Assembly: GCF_006345805.1 (NCBI RefSeq)
Contig: NC_043017.1
Span: 18,538,001 to 18,602,000 of the forward strand
Direction of reading: 5' to 3'
DNA length: 64,000 bases
From: Octopus sinensis
Taxonomy: Eukaryota
Shown: positions 1 through 12,600 of the stretch, piece after piece
Numbering within the stretch: the first letter of the stretch is position 1
How the letters are laid out: every line of letters starts with the position of its first letter
The notes under the pieces: model-generated
The model's input: only the letters and a program-made list of their open reading frames with translations
Told to the model about the DNA's origin: nothing
Databases searched by the model: none
Made by a program: the position numbers and the translations under genes

Positions 1-800
1 TTACCTCCTCCCTTCACAATACCAACCTTAAAAAGTCTATTGATGAATGTGAGCTCAGCATCATTGTCAACTATGATCTACATTTGATGAGCCATATTTC
101 TAAAATCAGCCGAATGGCTTAAGGTGTTTTAGCATCACTCAGTTATCATGCTAGTTATCTGTTGAAAGGTCTATATAGTTGTAATAAGTCCACAGTTATT
201 CTGTATCTGCAGTCTGGAATCCATATCTTGTCCAGCATAACAATCTCTTGGAAGCCTTCCAGAGATATGCAACCAGGAAAATACCCTCTGTCTTCAACGT
301 ATCGCTTCTCTGACAATGACACACTAGAGTTTCAATGTCTAGTAACAGACTTGGTAGAAGCCCACAAAATTATCCACCATCTTTGCAACAATTTTAGCCA
401 CTTTTCTGAATACGACATCTCTACCACCCATAGACATGCTTATAAAATCAAATACTGGTGCAGCACCTATGACTAGCAGGAACATTTTTTCATGCTCAGA
501 ATGGTTGAAGCAAGGAATAAACTTACAGCATTGCTTTTTAGCTGTCAGAACACTGCATCCTTGAAAAATTCCATGCTTCCTGAAATTCACCAAATTTTAC
601 TTCTGACACATGCATCAGCTCAACTAAAGTTTTGACATTTAGCAGCTGACTTGGTAGAATCCTGCAAGATCATCCACCATCTTTCCAATAACTTTGGCCA
701 CCTTTTTAAATTAAATATCTCAATCACCCATGGATATGCATATAAAATCAAAAAACAGCAGAGTACCCATGACTTACAGGAACATATTTTAATCAAAACA
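1..800 (+). mobile_element. Two degraded CR1-type LINE 3' remnants (about 1-590 and 645-800) in a HERC1 intron
   Basis: TDLVEAHKIIHHL...HRHAYKI and VESCKIIHHL...HGYAYKIKKQ resemble the younger copies at 31.5 and 51.6 kb. Confidence 0.65.
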
Positions 801-813
801 GACCAGTTATATT

Positions 814-846
<33 letters not shown>

Positions 847-865
847 GGTCAACTAAAAGACTTAC

Positions 866-1097
866 CATCTCCCCAACTGAAAACCTGTCCATCTGTTGAC
901 ATTGCTAAACTGTGACCATCTGATCCTTTGGATGACGAGATCTTTTTAATTTGAGATTTCGGGTCAAAGGTCAGCTTCTTTGGGACGGCCTGGTTGCTGG
1001 AATCTCCAAGCCCCAAACGCCCATAACTTCCTTTACCACAGGCAGCTACTGATCCTTCATTGTGGACAACAAACGTGCAAAACTGGCCAGCTTCAAT
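866..1097 (-). CDS. HERC1: HERC1 coding exon 4 (RCC1 repeats; IEAGQFCTF...GKGSYGRLGLGDS...SSSKGSDGH...FSWGDG)
   Basis: 232 nt, tctcag acceptor, GTAAGT donor, phase 0/1; the gene continues beyond the left edge of the window. Confidence 0.95.
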
Positions 1098-1256
1098 CTG
1101 AGAAGATAATAATAATGATGATGATGGTGAAAATAATAACAATAATATATTTCTTTATTGCCCACAAGGGGCCAAACAAGGACAGACAAAGGGATTAAGT
1201 CGATTACATCGACTCCAGTGTGTAACTGGTACTAATAATAATAATAATCATAATAT

Positions 1257-1309
<53 letters not shown>

Positions 1310-1723
1310 TAAATAAAAATAAAAATAGAAATAAGACAATTTTAATTTTAATTCAATAAATGATAATAATAATCAGTAGAATTTGAACTCAGAACGTAAA
1401 GACAGACGAAATGCTACAAAGCATTTCTCCCGGTGTGCTAACAATTCTGCCAGCTCGCCACCTTAATAATAATGATGATAATGATAATAATAATAATAAT
1501 AGCAACAACAATCTTTTCTACTCTAGGCACAAGGCCTGAAATTTTGGGGGAGGAGCCTGTTGACTAGATTGACCCCAGTACACAACTGTTACTTAATTTA
1601 TCAACTCCAAAAAGACAAAAGGCAAAGTTGGCCCCAGCGGAATTTGAACTCAGAACGTAAAGACAGACAAAATACCGCTAAGCATTTCTCCCAGCGTGCT
1701 GACGATACTGCCAACTCGCCACC

Positions 1724-1758
<35 letters not shown>

Positions 1759-2275
1759 CCTTTCTACTATAGGTACAAGGCCTGAAATTTGGGGGTGGGG
1801 ACTAGTTGATTGCAGTCATCCCAGTGTTCAACTGGTACTTATTTTATCGAACCCGAAAGGGTGAAAGGCAAAGTCGACCTTGGTGGAATTTGAACTCAGA
1901 ACATAATTTTGGCACCATGCTAGGAATTTGAGAGGAGGAAGAAGATTGATTACACTGACCCCAGTACTCAACTGGTACTTTATTTTAATGACCCTCAAAA
2001 AGGATGAAAGGAAATACTGACCTTGGCGAGAGTTTAAATTCAGACTGTAATGAGTTGGAACAAATACCACAGGGTATTTTTCCCCGATGATGATGAGGAT
2101 AGTAATGGCAATGATGACTAAGGCACTGATGACCATGATGATGATGCATGATGGCAGTAATGATGATGATGATGTTAATGATAACATTAGTGAATACGAT
2201 GAAAAAGACAACAAAGACGGTGGCAGCAACACTACTACTACTACTACTACTACTACTACCTCTATGATGACTTAC

Positions 2276-2476
2276 CTGTTGACAATCTCCAAAAGCTGAT
2301 GTTAATTTCGGAGTGGTCACCTTCTCCTGGCTGCCCTCCCCCAGCTGGTGGCTGCTATTACTGCCCCACACATACACCTCACAGTTGGCACCAAATACAG
2401 ATGAGTTACCTTCTGTATTGCGGTTTTCATCGGGACTCATGCACGTACTTGCATAATGCACAGCCAAGTGGTAAAC
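2276..2476 (-). CDS. HERC1: HERC1 coding exon 3 (start of RCC1-like domain: CEVYVWGSNSSHQLGEGSQEK)
   Basis: 201 nt, ggcag acceptor, GTAAGT donor, phase 0/0; CEVYVWGSNSSHQL is the HERC1 motif. Confidence 0.95.
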
Positions 2477-3152
2477 CTGCCGCAGAAATAAACACAAAAC
2501 AATAATAGATGACAAAATTTAGAAATGATACGAATGATAACAATTAAAAATTTACAAAGTAAAAATAACTTAAGGGTAACGTAAAGGAATATATACAAAT
2601 CACCGTTGACTCCATTGTCCTACTACGTCTTAATTACGGCTTGACATCGCAAGGTCCAGCAAACTCGAAAAAACAGAGTATAAGACAAACAATACAAGGA
2701 ATATTCCCCTTCATCAGCTGCCCCTGGTTCGACTCAATGCATGTTTCGAACACACACACACACACAAAAGTAAATTTCCAAGAAAGGTTAAGAGGGATTT
2801 ATAATCCTAATGGGTAAAAATGCTGGCTGACCTCAGGAGTGTAGATGAATTCCAGTTAATTAAATTTACTATACTAGGTTAATCCTCACTTTGGTAAATC
2901 CAAATGTCCTTATAAAGACTACAAAATTTCTTGATATATATACACACACATCTTCTGGCAAACCATATTGAGTGAATGTAGCAGTATGATCTCATCTGAA
3001 GCTCAAATTCACAGCCTGCGCATCAGACAGTGGTTGGGTAGGGAGAACATGCTGAAGCTCTCAATCTCCAGTGAAATGAACATGAGTAATACACACACAC
3101 ACACACACACATTTTTATACCTAACCACGCACACACCCTTGCATCTACCCAC

Positions 3153-3251
3153 CTGTTCCATCAGGTACATGGCAGCATCATACAAAGAAATCAATCCATT
3201 CTCGTCTTTTGTGGGTTTTTTCTTTACAGCAAGGAACTTATCAGCGCCACC
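3153..3251 (-). CDS. HERC1: HERC1 coding exon 2 (GGADKFLAVKKKPTKDENGLISLYDAAMYLMEQ)
   Basis: 99 nt, ttgcag acceptor, GTGGGT donor, phase 0/0; resembles vertebrate DGLCSLYEAALCLFEEV. Confidence 0.9.
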
Positions 3252-4794
3252 CTGCAATTACAAAAACAACAACATTGAGACAATTTCATAAGGAATAAGG
3301 GTGAAGGATTTCATTTATTTGGGTAACAGAAATATGTACAAAATCAGGGTATTGATTTCTTAGGACCCAGAGAGAGAACTGCAAGGCTTCAAGAGGGACT
3401 AGCTGGGGAAAAAAGCAAGGGGAGTGGGTGTTGACTGTTTGTATCCCATCATTAAATTAATCTCTGAAGTGTCCATAATCCCTTGATAAGCCATAGAAAG
3501 AACAGTATGGGTTTTATACATAGAGCTTTGAAAGGGTTATTTTGATAAAATAGTATTATTTTATTGTTTTCACAGGGATGGGAGATAACAGATGTAAAGC
3601 AGGCAACAAATGGGAGAATTCTAAGGACAAACAACAGCTGGTTACTCAACTAGAATAGAGGTTGGCTTAATGGGAAGAGAGGGAGGTGGTACATAATCAT
3701 TTAGTCTGCTAGAAATAAGATATCAAACCCCACCATCTTTAGAAAGGAAGGCAACATCAGACACTGAAGCTGTAGATGTACGAAAAAGACAGAATGTTAG
3801 TGACTGGTATGCCTCTGATGATAGATTTTCTGAATCAGGGCTTGGCCCGGGGCTAAACAGTGACTAGTACAGCACAAGGAATTACTGGTTGGGAGGCACA
3901 TTTCCATTCCATAACTGTGTAGAGCTTTGCCCCAGACCTTTTGTGTACCATGGGATGTAGCAGGCACAGTTGTAAAGGTCAATTAGTTCCACAGGATTAT
4001 GAAAAAATAGAGGTAAAAGTGTTATAAAGTTGCAATAAGATTAATGAGTCACAGATGGGTCTTTCAACAGAATGAGGGAGTAGTTTCACTGTTCTACATA
4101 TCCCATCATTGGGCCTCTCCAAGGTCCCAGACAAAGACAATAAGCTGTGAATGTAGCAGGGCATTGACAAAAGTTAAATCAACAGTTACAAACAGCATAA
4201 TGTTATTGTTTTGTAGCCCCAAGGCAACCAGATTTTGGATATGCAATGAAGGCCTCCCAAAAGAGATTTTGCATAGTGAAACAAGGCTACTTTAGGACTT
4301 TAAAAAGGAAATTTTTCTACAAATCCAAGGACTCTGCTTCCCGCCCTTCCCCCTCTCTTCTTTTGAGGAAGGAAGCTATCAAATAATAACTTTACTGTTG
4401 TTAAGCTGATGTTTGGAACATAAATTATCATGAAATTTTTGCTGGAAGGTTTTAATTTAGATCATTTTAAAAGAGGAAGTCTGCATCATAGAACCAGAGA
4501 CAGTCTCAGACGGTCGTTATCAAAATGGTAAAGAAATGTGTGAGTTGTCAGGGAACCAAAATGTTTACCATTTTCTATAAGAAAGCAGAGAAGGATCCAC
4601 TTAACAACTCCTGCTTAACTCTTTACTTACCATATTTCTGATGGAATACACTGCCTTAGTTTCAATTAATTTTGGAAATAGTGAAGAATTTAGTAAGATA
4701 ACTTTATCATTGCTAAGCTGATGTTTTAAAACATAATTTAACATGAAAGTTTGATGGAAGGTTTTAATTTGTTCCTAAACCAATTATGATTTAA

Positions 4795-5015
4795 CCTTTT
4801 CGTTACTGTATTTATTTTGAGATGCTCTGTGTTTCTTTCAATTACTTTAGGTATAACAAAGAATTTAGTAAAATAACTTAGTTATCATTCAGCCAGTGTT
4901 AGGAACATAAATTGTGACTAAAATTTGGGGGAAGATTTTAATTCAAAACTTATGAAAACAAGACCTTTGTACTACAAAGCCAGAGCCGGTTTCAGCCAGG
5001 TTGGTAATGAAAGGG
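4795..5015. mobile_element. piggyBac-like MITE (TTAA-flanked); same family at 57687-57884 and 57908-58092
   Basis: TTAA|CCTTTTCG...GAAAGGG|TTAA; the internal sequence recurs in inverted orientation at 57.7-58.1 kb. Confidence 0.75.
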
Positions 5016-5581
5016 TTAACAAATGATTTTAAAAATTAATAATCAAATTAAAACACAACAAACAAGTCTATATCTGGTCACATGACATGCTAGAAATAAC
5101 AGTCAACACACCTCAAATCATATCCTACTGTCTTAAAAATATGACACAGTGCAATGTATTTCTAGATGCACTGATAAAAAAAAAGAGTGGTTGGTCACAA
5201 ATGGAATGTTTTTAATCACTGATTTGCTGGATCAGGGCCGACCAAGGGCTAAACAACAATGTTATTGATCATCAGCCTGTTTGATCAAGCCTGACCTGGG
5301 GCTAAACAACAATTGCTGATGATCAATAACATTCAAAGATATTTCAGGCAGGACCAACCAGTGTGTGTTTTTTTTTCTTGTTTTTGTTATCAGTGACTAC
5401 ATTGTCCAATATATCCTTCATTATTTGAGACAATAAGGTGTGATTTCAGGAGATTTGGCTGCTATTTCTAGCATGTGCAGTGACCATGTACAGACTCCCT
5501 TGTTGCATTGATATAAAATAAAATAATGTAAACTGATGAGAAAAGAAATGAGAGTGCAATGGGACAGCAAGATATACTTAC

Positions 5582-6499
5582 AACGGACTGAACCATCTGC
5601 TGGATTATATCCATGAAGAAATCGTAATGGATGTTTGTCGATCTCTGGGAATGGTCATCAGATTTCATGGAAGCAGCATAAGCTTGCAGGGCGACCTCCA
5701 CCCACTCTAACAGATAGCGTAAAGATCCCCTCTGGGCGGCCAATGCTAACATGAGTTCAGCAGCCAGCTGTTGACCGACCAAGTTAGCACTGGACGCTGG
5801 TCCGATTGTACTCCGCAGGAAGTTGGTCACTTGATTTAAGGTCTCCATCCCGAGTGGCGTGACCTTTATCTCATTAGCAAGGGACAGTGGGGGTAGTTTG
5901 GTGACGACGTCAAGGGCTGTTTGGAAGACGTCATCGCATAAGCAAACGTTGTCAATATGAGGGGCAAGGATCCAATTCTGTCTCAGTAATGAGAACAACA
6001 AACTCAACCCGGTCTTAATGCCCATTTCAATAAGAACCTCAGAACCACATTTTGTCTTATCCCCAGCAAACTTGCCATTGTCATTTGTTTTGTCAGCATC
6101 TAACGACGGCTCTTCAATGTTGCTTTTGTTCTGGTCATGATATTTGCTTGATACAGCCGAATAGATTCGTTGTAAAACAGCAAGTCGCTTTTGTAAAGAT
6201 TTTGTAAAAGGCGAAGTCAAACATATAGTCTCTGCTAAAACTTTCTGGCAACCCAGGAGAGCACTGAGATAGTGTTCTTGCTCGCCAGTGGAGGGCTGTT
6301 CGTGCTCAAAGTCAGGAAGGATAGGTGTCTTCAGATGTACAACCTGAGGAAACTGGCAGCATATTTCTTTGTTACTTAGCAGACGTTCATAGAATTCGTC
6401 CAGTCGTTCTTCATTTGCAATTAACTCACAATCTTCAGAAGCCCAGCCTTGATTGAAATGCTCAATATATTTTAGTTTGATGTGCTGTCTTCTACTCAT
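5582..6499 (-). CDS. HERC1: HERC1 E3 ubiquitin ligase, first coding exon (306 codons; acceptor at 6507, ATG 6499)
   Basis: MSRRQHIKLKYIEHFNQGW...LIEMGIKTGLSLLFSLLRQNW...LPPLSLANE...LAAQRGSLRYLLEWVE matches the HERC1 N-terminus as I recall it. Acceptor ttttgcag lies 8 nt upstream of the ATG; donor GTAAGT at 5581, phase 0. Confidence 0.95.
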
Positions 6500-7130
6500 C
6501 TTAAAAGCTGCAAAAGACAAAAACAATATTTTAAGGGAAAATTATACAAAACCGAACTTTTATAAAAGATATCACAAAATATTCAAGGATATGGAAGTTC
6601 TGGAGAATATGATCACTAGAGACATCCAGACAGCTTAGACTACTTGACTGATCAGCATGAAGCCACAGCCAGACATATCTCAAATTTGTGTCAGCTGTGT
6701 CCACTCTCTCTATCCTTGTCTACCTCTACTACAAAAGTCTCTGCTCCTTCACACCTAACATATACTATTTCTGTTCAAACATTTTGTCCTCCTCTTATCA
6801 TCATCATTCATACTGTAACTCCTCCTCCCTCTTCCTTATTTTGGCTAATTTTTGACCGTAACCCTCTGAACTCACAATTACACCTTAACAGGTGTGATTT
6901 TATTGAAGTTGAGGTAATCAACTTCTCTCCTCAAAATTGCTGGACTCATCCCAAAATGATAAAGAATCTATTCTTACATTCTAAGTTCAAATTCTGCTGA
7001 AGTCAACTCTACCAGTTGTCCTTCCGGGGTCAATGAAATAAATACCAGTTAAGCACTGGGGTTGATGAATAATCATTTAAAGATGTTTTTATTACATATT
7101 GTTATTGTTTTTGTTGAATAAAATTTGTTG

Positions 7131-7163
7131 AAAAAAGCCGCAATAATTATGCACCAACCCAAT
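7131..7163. mobile_element. Isolated mariner-type terminal inverted repeat
   Basis: aaaaagccgcaataattatgcaccaacccaat resembles the mariner TIR aaaaaccgcaattacttttgcaccaacctaa as I recall it. Confidence 0.5.
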
Positions 7164-7221
7164 GCTATCTATCTGTGTATGTATGTATCTCTCTGCCTGT
7201 GTCTGTCTGTCTGTCTGTCTA

Positions 7222-7267
<46 letters not shown>

Positions 7268-7339
7268 ATCCTCTGAAGTCAGTAATGACTCAGCTATGTT
7301 GAAGAGTGTATTCTTCAGATGGAGAGGTCTTTTGCATTT

Positions 7340-7620
7340 ATGAGCGACTATCTATCCCACTTTCTGGTGAGAATATATTCTATCCGCTTTATGTGCTCAC
7401 CACACTGATAGGTGGTCAGGCAGATGGCTGGTTTCCTTAAGTTAGTATTACAGATCATTTGGTCATTTGCATCATAAAACTCCAACAGCCTTGTTCCCTC
7501 CTCATTACAAAAACCAAATCCATCGTCTCCCTGCACCCCATGGAAGCTACCCAGGGGCTGCCCAATATGCTCACTGAAGATAGAAAGAAGGCTCTGTTGT
7601 TTGTCATCAAGGTAGTCTGC
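7340..7620 (-). mobile_element. RTE-type LINE endonuclease remnant
   Basis: GFCNEEGTRLLEFYDANDQMICNTNLRK...IEYILTRKWDR resembles the RTE apurinic-endonuclease C-terminal motifs. Confidence 0.65.
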
Positions 7621-7724
7621 AAAGGGGTATCATAAAATCGATCTGTTTGTTCATCCAGGGGTTCCAGCTGAGGGGTATAGGCAAAAATAATAGTTGCTCT
7701 TTTAAATAATAATAATGAAATTAT

Positions 7725-8530
7725 TGTGTATTGTTATCAGGTGCACAACAACTCATCAAAAGTGCAAGTACAGCCCACAGAATTATGTAGAGAAGTCAGG
7801 AAAGTGAACAGTGTATGAGTCATTATATACATGTGTGCATGCGTATGGTGGGGGGGGGGTATCAGGTGTAGTGTTGGTGAATTTCAGGAAGCATGGAGAT
7901 TTTAAAGGATGCAATGTCTCAGCAATTAACAACTGATGCAGGTAGTTTGTTCTATGTTTCTGCGACTCTGAGTGTGAAAAAAATGTTTCCGAAAGTCATG
8001 GGAGCTGTGCTGTTCTGACTCTGTAAGCATGCCCACATGTGTTAGACACATGAAGCTCAAAAAGATGCTTAAGGTGGTGGTTGACACAATGGTTAATAAT
8101 TTTGTGGGTATTTACCAAGTCAATTGCCAGACGTTAGAGCTTCAATGTATCTATGCCCAGGGAAGTAAGGGGTTCAGAATATGGCAAATGCCTGATGGAG
8201 GGTATTCTCTTGGTTGCACATTGCTGAACGGCTTCCAGACCGGTGATGCAAATTCCAGGTGAGGTCGCACCATAGCTATATAAAGCCGCATATAGATAGC
8301 CGGAGAGCGGCTCACAAAGGACTTGGTGAGTGATGCCAAGACACCCTCAGCTTTCTTGGCAATTTTAGCAATGTGTTTTGTCCAACGCAAATTGCTGTCG
8401 ACAATAATGCCCAGGTCACGTTCACATTCTTGCTGAATGATGCCAAGATATCCTTGGTCTTCTTGAAAATTTTAGAGATGTGCTTTGTCCAATGCAAATC
8501 ACTGCGGACACTAATGCACTTTGCAAAACT
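7725..8530 (-). mobile_element. Degraded CR1-type LINE 3' half
   Basis: WTKHIAKIAKKAEGVLASL...YIAMVRPHLEFASPVWKP, with the same 3' UTR family as the 31.5 kb copy. Confidence 0.8.
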
Positions 8531-9333
8531 AGTCAAAGCATGAGTAACCTATTGCACACTCTGACTACTGTGATCACCTTATCCACCCATTTCTCAGTTA
8601 ATAGTATGCCCACAACTATTGTTTTCCCATGTTTACACACACACAGAGGGATATTTCTTAAATCATCATCATCATCATTTAATATCCATGTCCCATGCTG
8701 ACATGGGTTGGACAGTCTGACCTGATCCAATGCATCCAAGGATTGCAGCAAGCACCAGTGTCAGCTTTAATATGGTTTCTATGCTTGATGCCATTCTTAA
8801 ATGCATATAATTAAAAAGGTTTTTAAATATATAAAAAGCAAAGAACATTGAATGAATAAAGGGTCCAATATATGTGTAAGGTTACAAGTTATAATAAATT
8901 ATTGACAGTGACTTCGAAGTTTTGTTGATGGAGGCTTATTCTGGTTGATAAGCCACCACTGGCAAAACTTTAAAATCACTGTCAATAATTCATGTGTACG
9001 TGTGTGTGTGTGTGATCAACATCACTTAAAGTTCATTAAGTGATGATGATACACACACGCACGCACACTTATATACATACGTAATACATACACACACACA
9101 CACCTGGTTAGTGCTGATTCAGAAAACCCTTTAATCAAAGCCGTTACGTCATAAACCAGTCTGATATTATTTTTTAATCCAAGACACGGGATAGCTAGAA
9201 CAACATTGTGCAATGGCCCTTTTTTAGTGATTTCAGGTAAAATTGTCTGCTATTTCTAACAGACCGAGCGACCACGTAAACGCCCCACCACCTCCTATCG
9301 ACAAGCGACACGATGACACATGAAAGTGATGTG

Positions 9334-9379
<46 letters not shown>

Positions 9380-9607
9380 CGCTGAAGGCTGTATGCACAC
9401 ACACATAGTCAGATGTCGAAAACTGTATGTATATCTGTATATATACACAAATTGAAGTCGGGTCATATCAAAAAGACGGTGATGGTTGAGATGAATGAAT
9501 GTGAATATATTTACGCACGTTTATGTGTGTGTCGGTGTGTTTTGTTGATGTGTGTGTATACATATACACACATAAATACATACATAGATAAATACATATA
9601 AATACAT

Positions 9608-9642
<35 letters not shown>

Positions 9643-12600
9643 GATACCAACGTCAATCTGCGTATACATACACGCCTTCCAACGGCAGTATGTGTACACA
9701 TGCACAGATGTTATGATCCATGTATACACCCATTTTCAACGCCATAACTTTCAACATCAGTATGCAAACAAATATACGCACAGAAGCTTTTAACGTCTCT
9801 GTACACACACACACACACACATACAATTTCCAACAGCTGTACATAAATATATGCTGCTGCTACTACTACCATTATTAGCGAGCTGCTATTTCTAACAGGG
9901 TGCTCGATCCACAAGCAATAGCAGTCAGGTGACTCAGAAATCACATGTTGCTGTCTTAGAACAGGACAGATGAGACGGTGTAGTCCTAGATACACTTATG
10001 TCTGTGAAAATAAAATAAAACCGAAACAGGTGCATATTCGTCCAGGAGCGACCTAGGGTTAAAAAAATAACCCAACCCAAGCGGACGATACGGAGAGGAA
10101 TGTTCCAGTCCAAGACATTCCAGCTGTGACCACTCCGTCATTATTATTATAAAGACGGCAGTGCGGTGTTGGAGGTGTAGGTTCGGCTGTTATTTCTAGC
10201 ATGTCGAGCAACAGCATAGAGGTCTCTGCACTGGCCCGCGACGGGAGTGTCTGTGTGTGTTTATACGTAATTTCTGCGTGAACATATACATGTATATACA
10301 TGTCTTTAAGTGGACAGGCATTTGAGCGCGCGCGCGTATGTGTGTATCATTTTGTTCCAGTCATTGGACAGCGGCCATGCTGGAGCACTGCCTTGGGAGG
10401 GTTTAGTCGAATAAATCGACTCCAGTACGTTTTTTAGAGCCTAATATTTATTCTATCGGTCACTTTTTGCCGAACCATTACGTTACGGGGACGTAAACAA
10501 AATAACAGCGGTTGTCAAGTGGGGTGGGAACATAACACAGACACACATGCGCGCGTGGACATTACTATAGAATGAAGATGGAATCATCTAGCGTGATTCT
10601 GCAAAAGCAATTTTCTTGTATGTTGGGGAAGGTGCCACCCACTGCCTTTTCTTTTGTAATTTTTCACTTCCCAACCTCTTTTATTTTATTTATTTGTTTT
10701 CATATTTCGGTTTTTAAACATGTGATTTTTCTTTAAAATTATACATGACTTAAAATTGACTTAAAATCCGAATAAAAAAAATGTAAAAACTGAAAAACTA
10801 CGTAAAATGTGTCGCTGGGGGAGATACCCCATAACAAAGAAAATTGGGTGCGAGATAGGGGTAAAGATTTGTAATCTACGATGCTTAAAACATACAAAGC
10901 AGAAACAATTACGGATTTTGGTGCGCTAAAATAATTTCCGACTCTATAGTACAGGAATACCTCACGGTGCGCGCGTGCGCACACATTTGCACACGAAAGA
11001 GAGAGAGCAGTTAGCGACAGAGAAACAAAGAGGGAGGGAGAGACAGAGAGAAAGAAACGTTGTGTGCTTGTATGTCTGTGTCTGCGCTTTATTTTGTTTG
11101 GGTTTATCACAGCTCAGGTGATGTTGGTGTGAATGTGAATATGTGTATACAAGCGCATATATACATACTTATATATTTATATAATTTAATCCAAAATTGT
11201 TTCGTCACCCCGTTGTGTGCGCGTATGATCGGCGTGTCTACACACGAAAGAAGCTATATGGAAGCAACACAGGGACAATAGTAAAAAAGAGCAGCATAGC
11301 GTTTACACATCTAATACGACCATACATGGAGCTCTGACATAAATAATGGCCATCTTCACCATCGTCATTTAAATTCCATATCGCGATTTCAAACTGACAC
11401 ATTAGTATGTATGTATGTGTGTGTGTGTGTGTGGTGTATTTATATATTGATATACATATAGGTGCATGCATGGTCCAGAAACAATTCTGCCATTCTGAAA
11501 AGCGGTGAGGATGATGTTGGAAGTGAGGGAGGGAGGGGGTAACCGTGAAAGTTATGGTGACGCAGTGATAGAGTAAAATTGGGAGGGGGAGAGGAAGGAG
11601 AAAGACAATTTCGAGAGAGAGTGAGGGAGTAGAGGAGGAGATGTAGTGATATAAAGAAAGTGTTGTGATAGTAGGGGAAGAGAAGGTGTAATACCAAGGC
11701 AATGAGAGAGAGAGAGGGATAAAGGATCGGGGGCGATATAAACACACTGTAAGAGAGTAAGAGGTGATACAGAGTAACATAAAGACAGAGAAGGTGGGTA
11801 CGGGAGAGGTAGTAGCAGTGATGCAAAATGAGAGAGAGAGAGAGATTAAAAGAGAGACAGAATATACATATATAGTGAGAGAGATATAAAGGAACTCAAA
11901 GAGAGAGGGTGAGTAACAGACGACAAACGCAGTCAATAAATATATATATATATATATATATAATATATATATATATACACACACACACACATAAGGACAG
12001 AGAAAAAGCAACAAGAGATGAGAGGGAGATAGATAGATAGATAGACAGAGAGAGAGAGAGGGGGAAGCGAAAGATGGCGCGCGTATCCAAAGCTGCAGAG
12101 GGGGGAGGGAGCACTACACCACCTTCACCGTCGCCAAGGTTCTGTCTACATAATCGACGTCATTTATGGTAGTGGTGGTGGCGGCGGAGAAGATGTTTCA
12201 CACATTGGTTTCGATCTGTCGAAAACACGCCAGTCATTATACATGCAAATCAACGAAGGAGGAACCTTCTGCTAGAAACAGCAGTCGATTCTCCATCAAA
12301 TGTCGTCGTAGATAAGAAGACGTATTAGATTATGTGGTTCTAGACACACCCCTAAAAATGGCAGTTATTGCAGCCAGAATGCCTTTCACCACAAATAGGT
12401 GCCACAAAACTTCATGGCGACGAAAGTACATAATTTTATATAGACATATGAATATATATGCGCGCGTGTACGCACACACGAATAAATTCGTCTGCTGATA
12501 TTACGTTTTTACGCTACGCCACACTTGAGGTTTCATTCATCGTTGGATACTTTGGGGTGTTATCTGAGCTGAGCTGAGCATTACCTAACAACAGCGAACA

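Noticed and set aside
2690-2750. CTGATGA and GAAAC on the minus strand as another hammerhead
   Set aside because: The order would require type II topology, but neither stem I nor the 10.1-11.1 pair forms; the hairpin after CTGATGA is followed by GTAT, not GAAA.
11238-12014. 258-aa minus-strand ORF
   Set aside because: Driven by CT/CA/TA simple repeats, low complexity, and no recognisable domain.
12074-12170. Short ORF MARVSKAAEGGGSTTPPSPSPR with good start context
   Set aside because: It ends after about 30 codons with only a weak donor; the ATG is part of a YY1-type motif. Kept only as promoter evidence.
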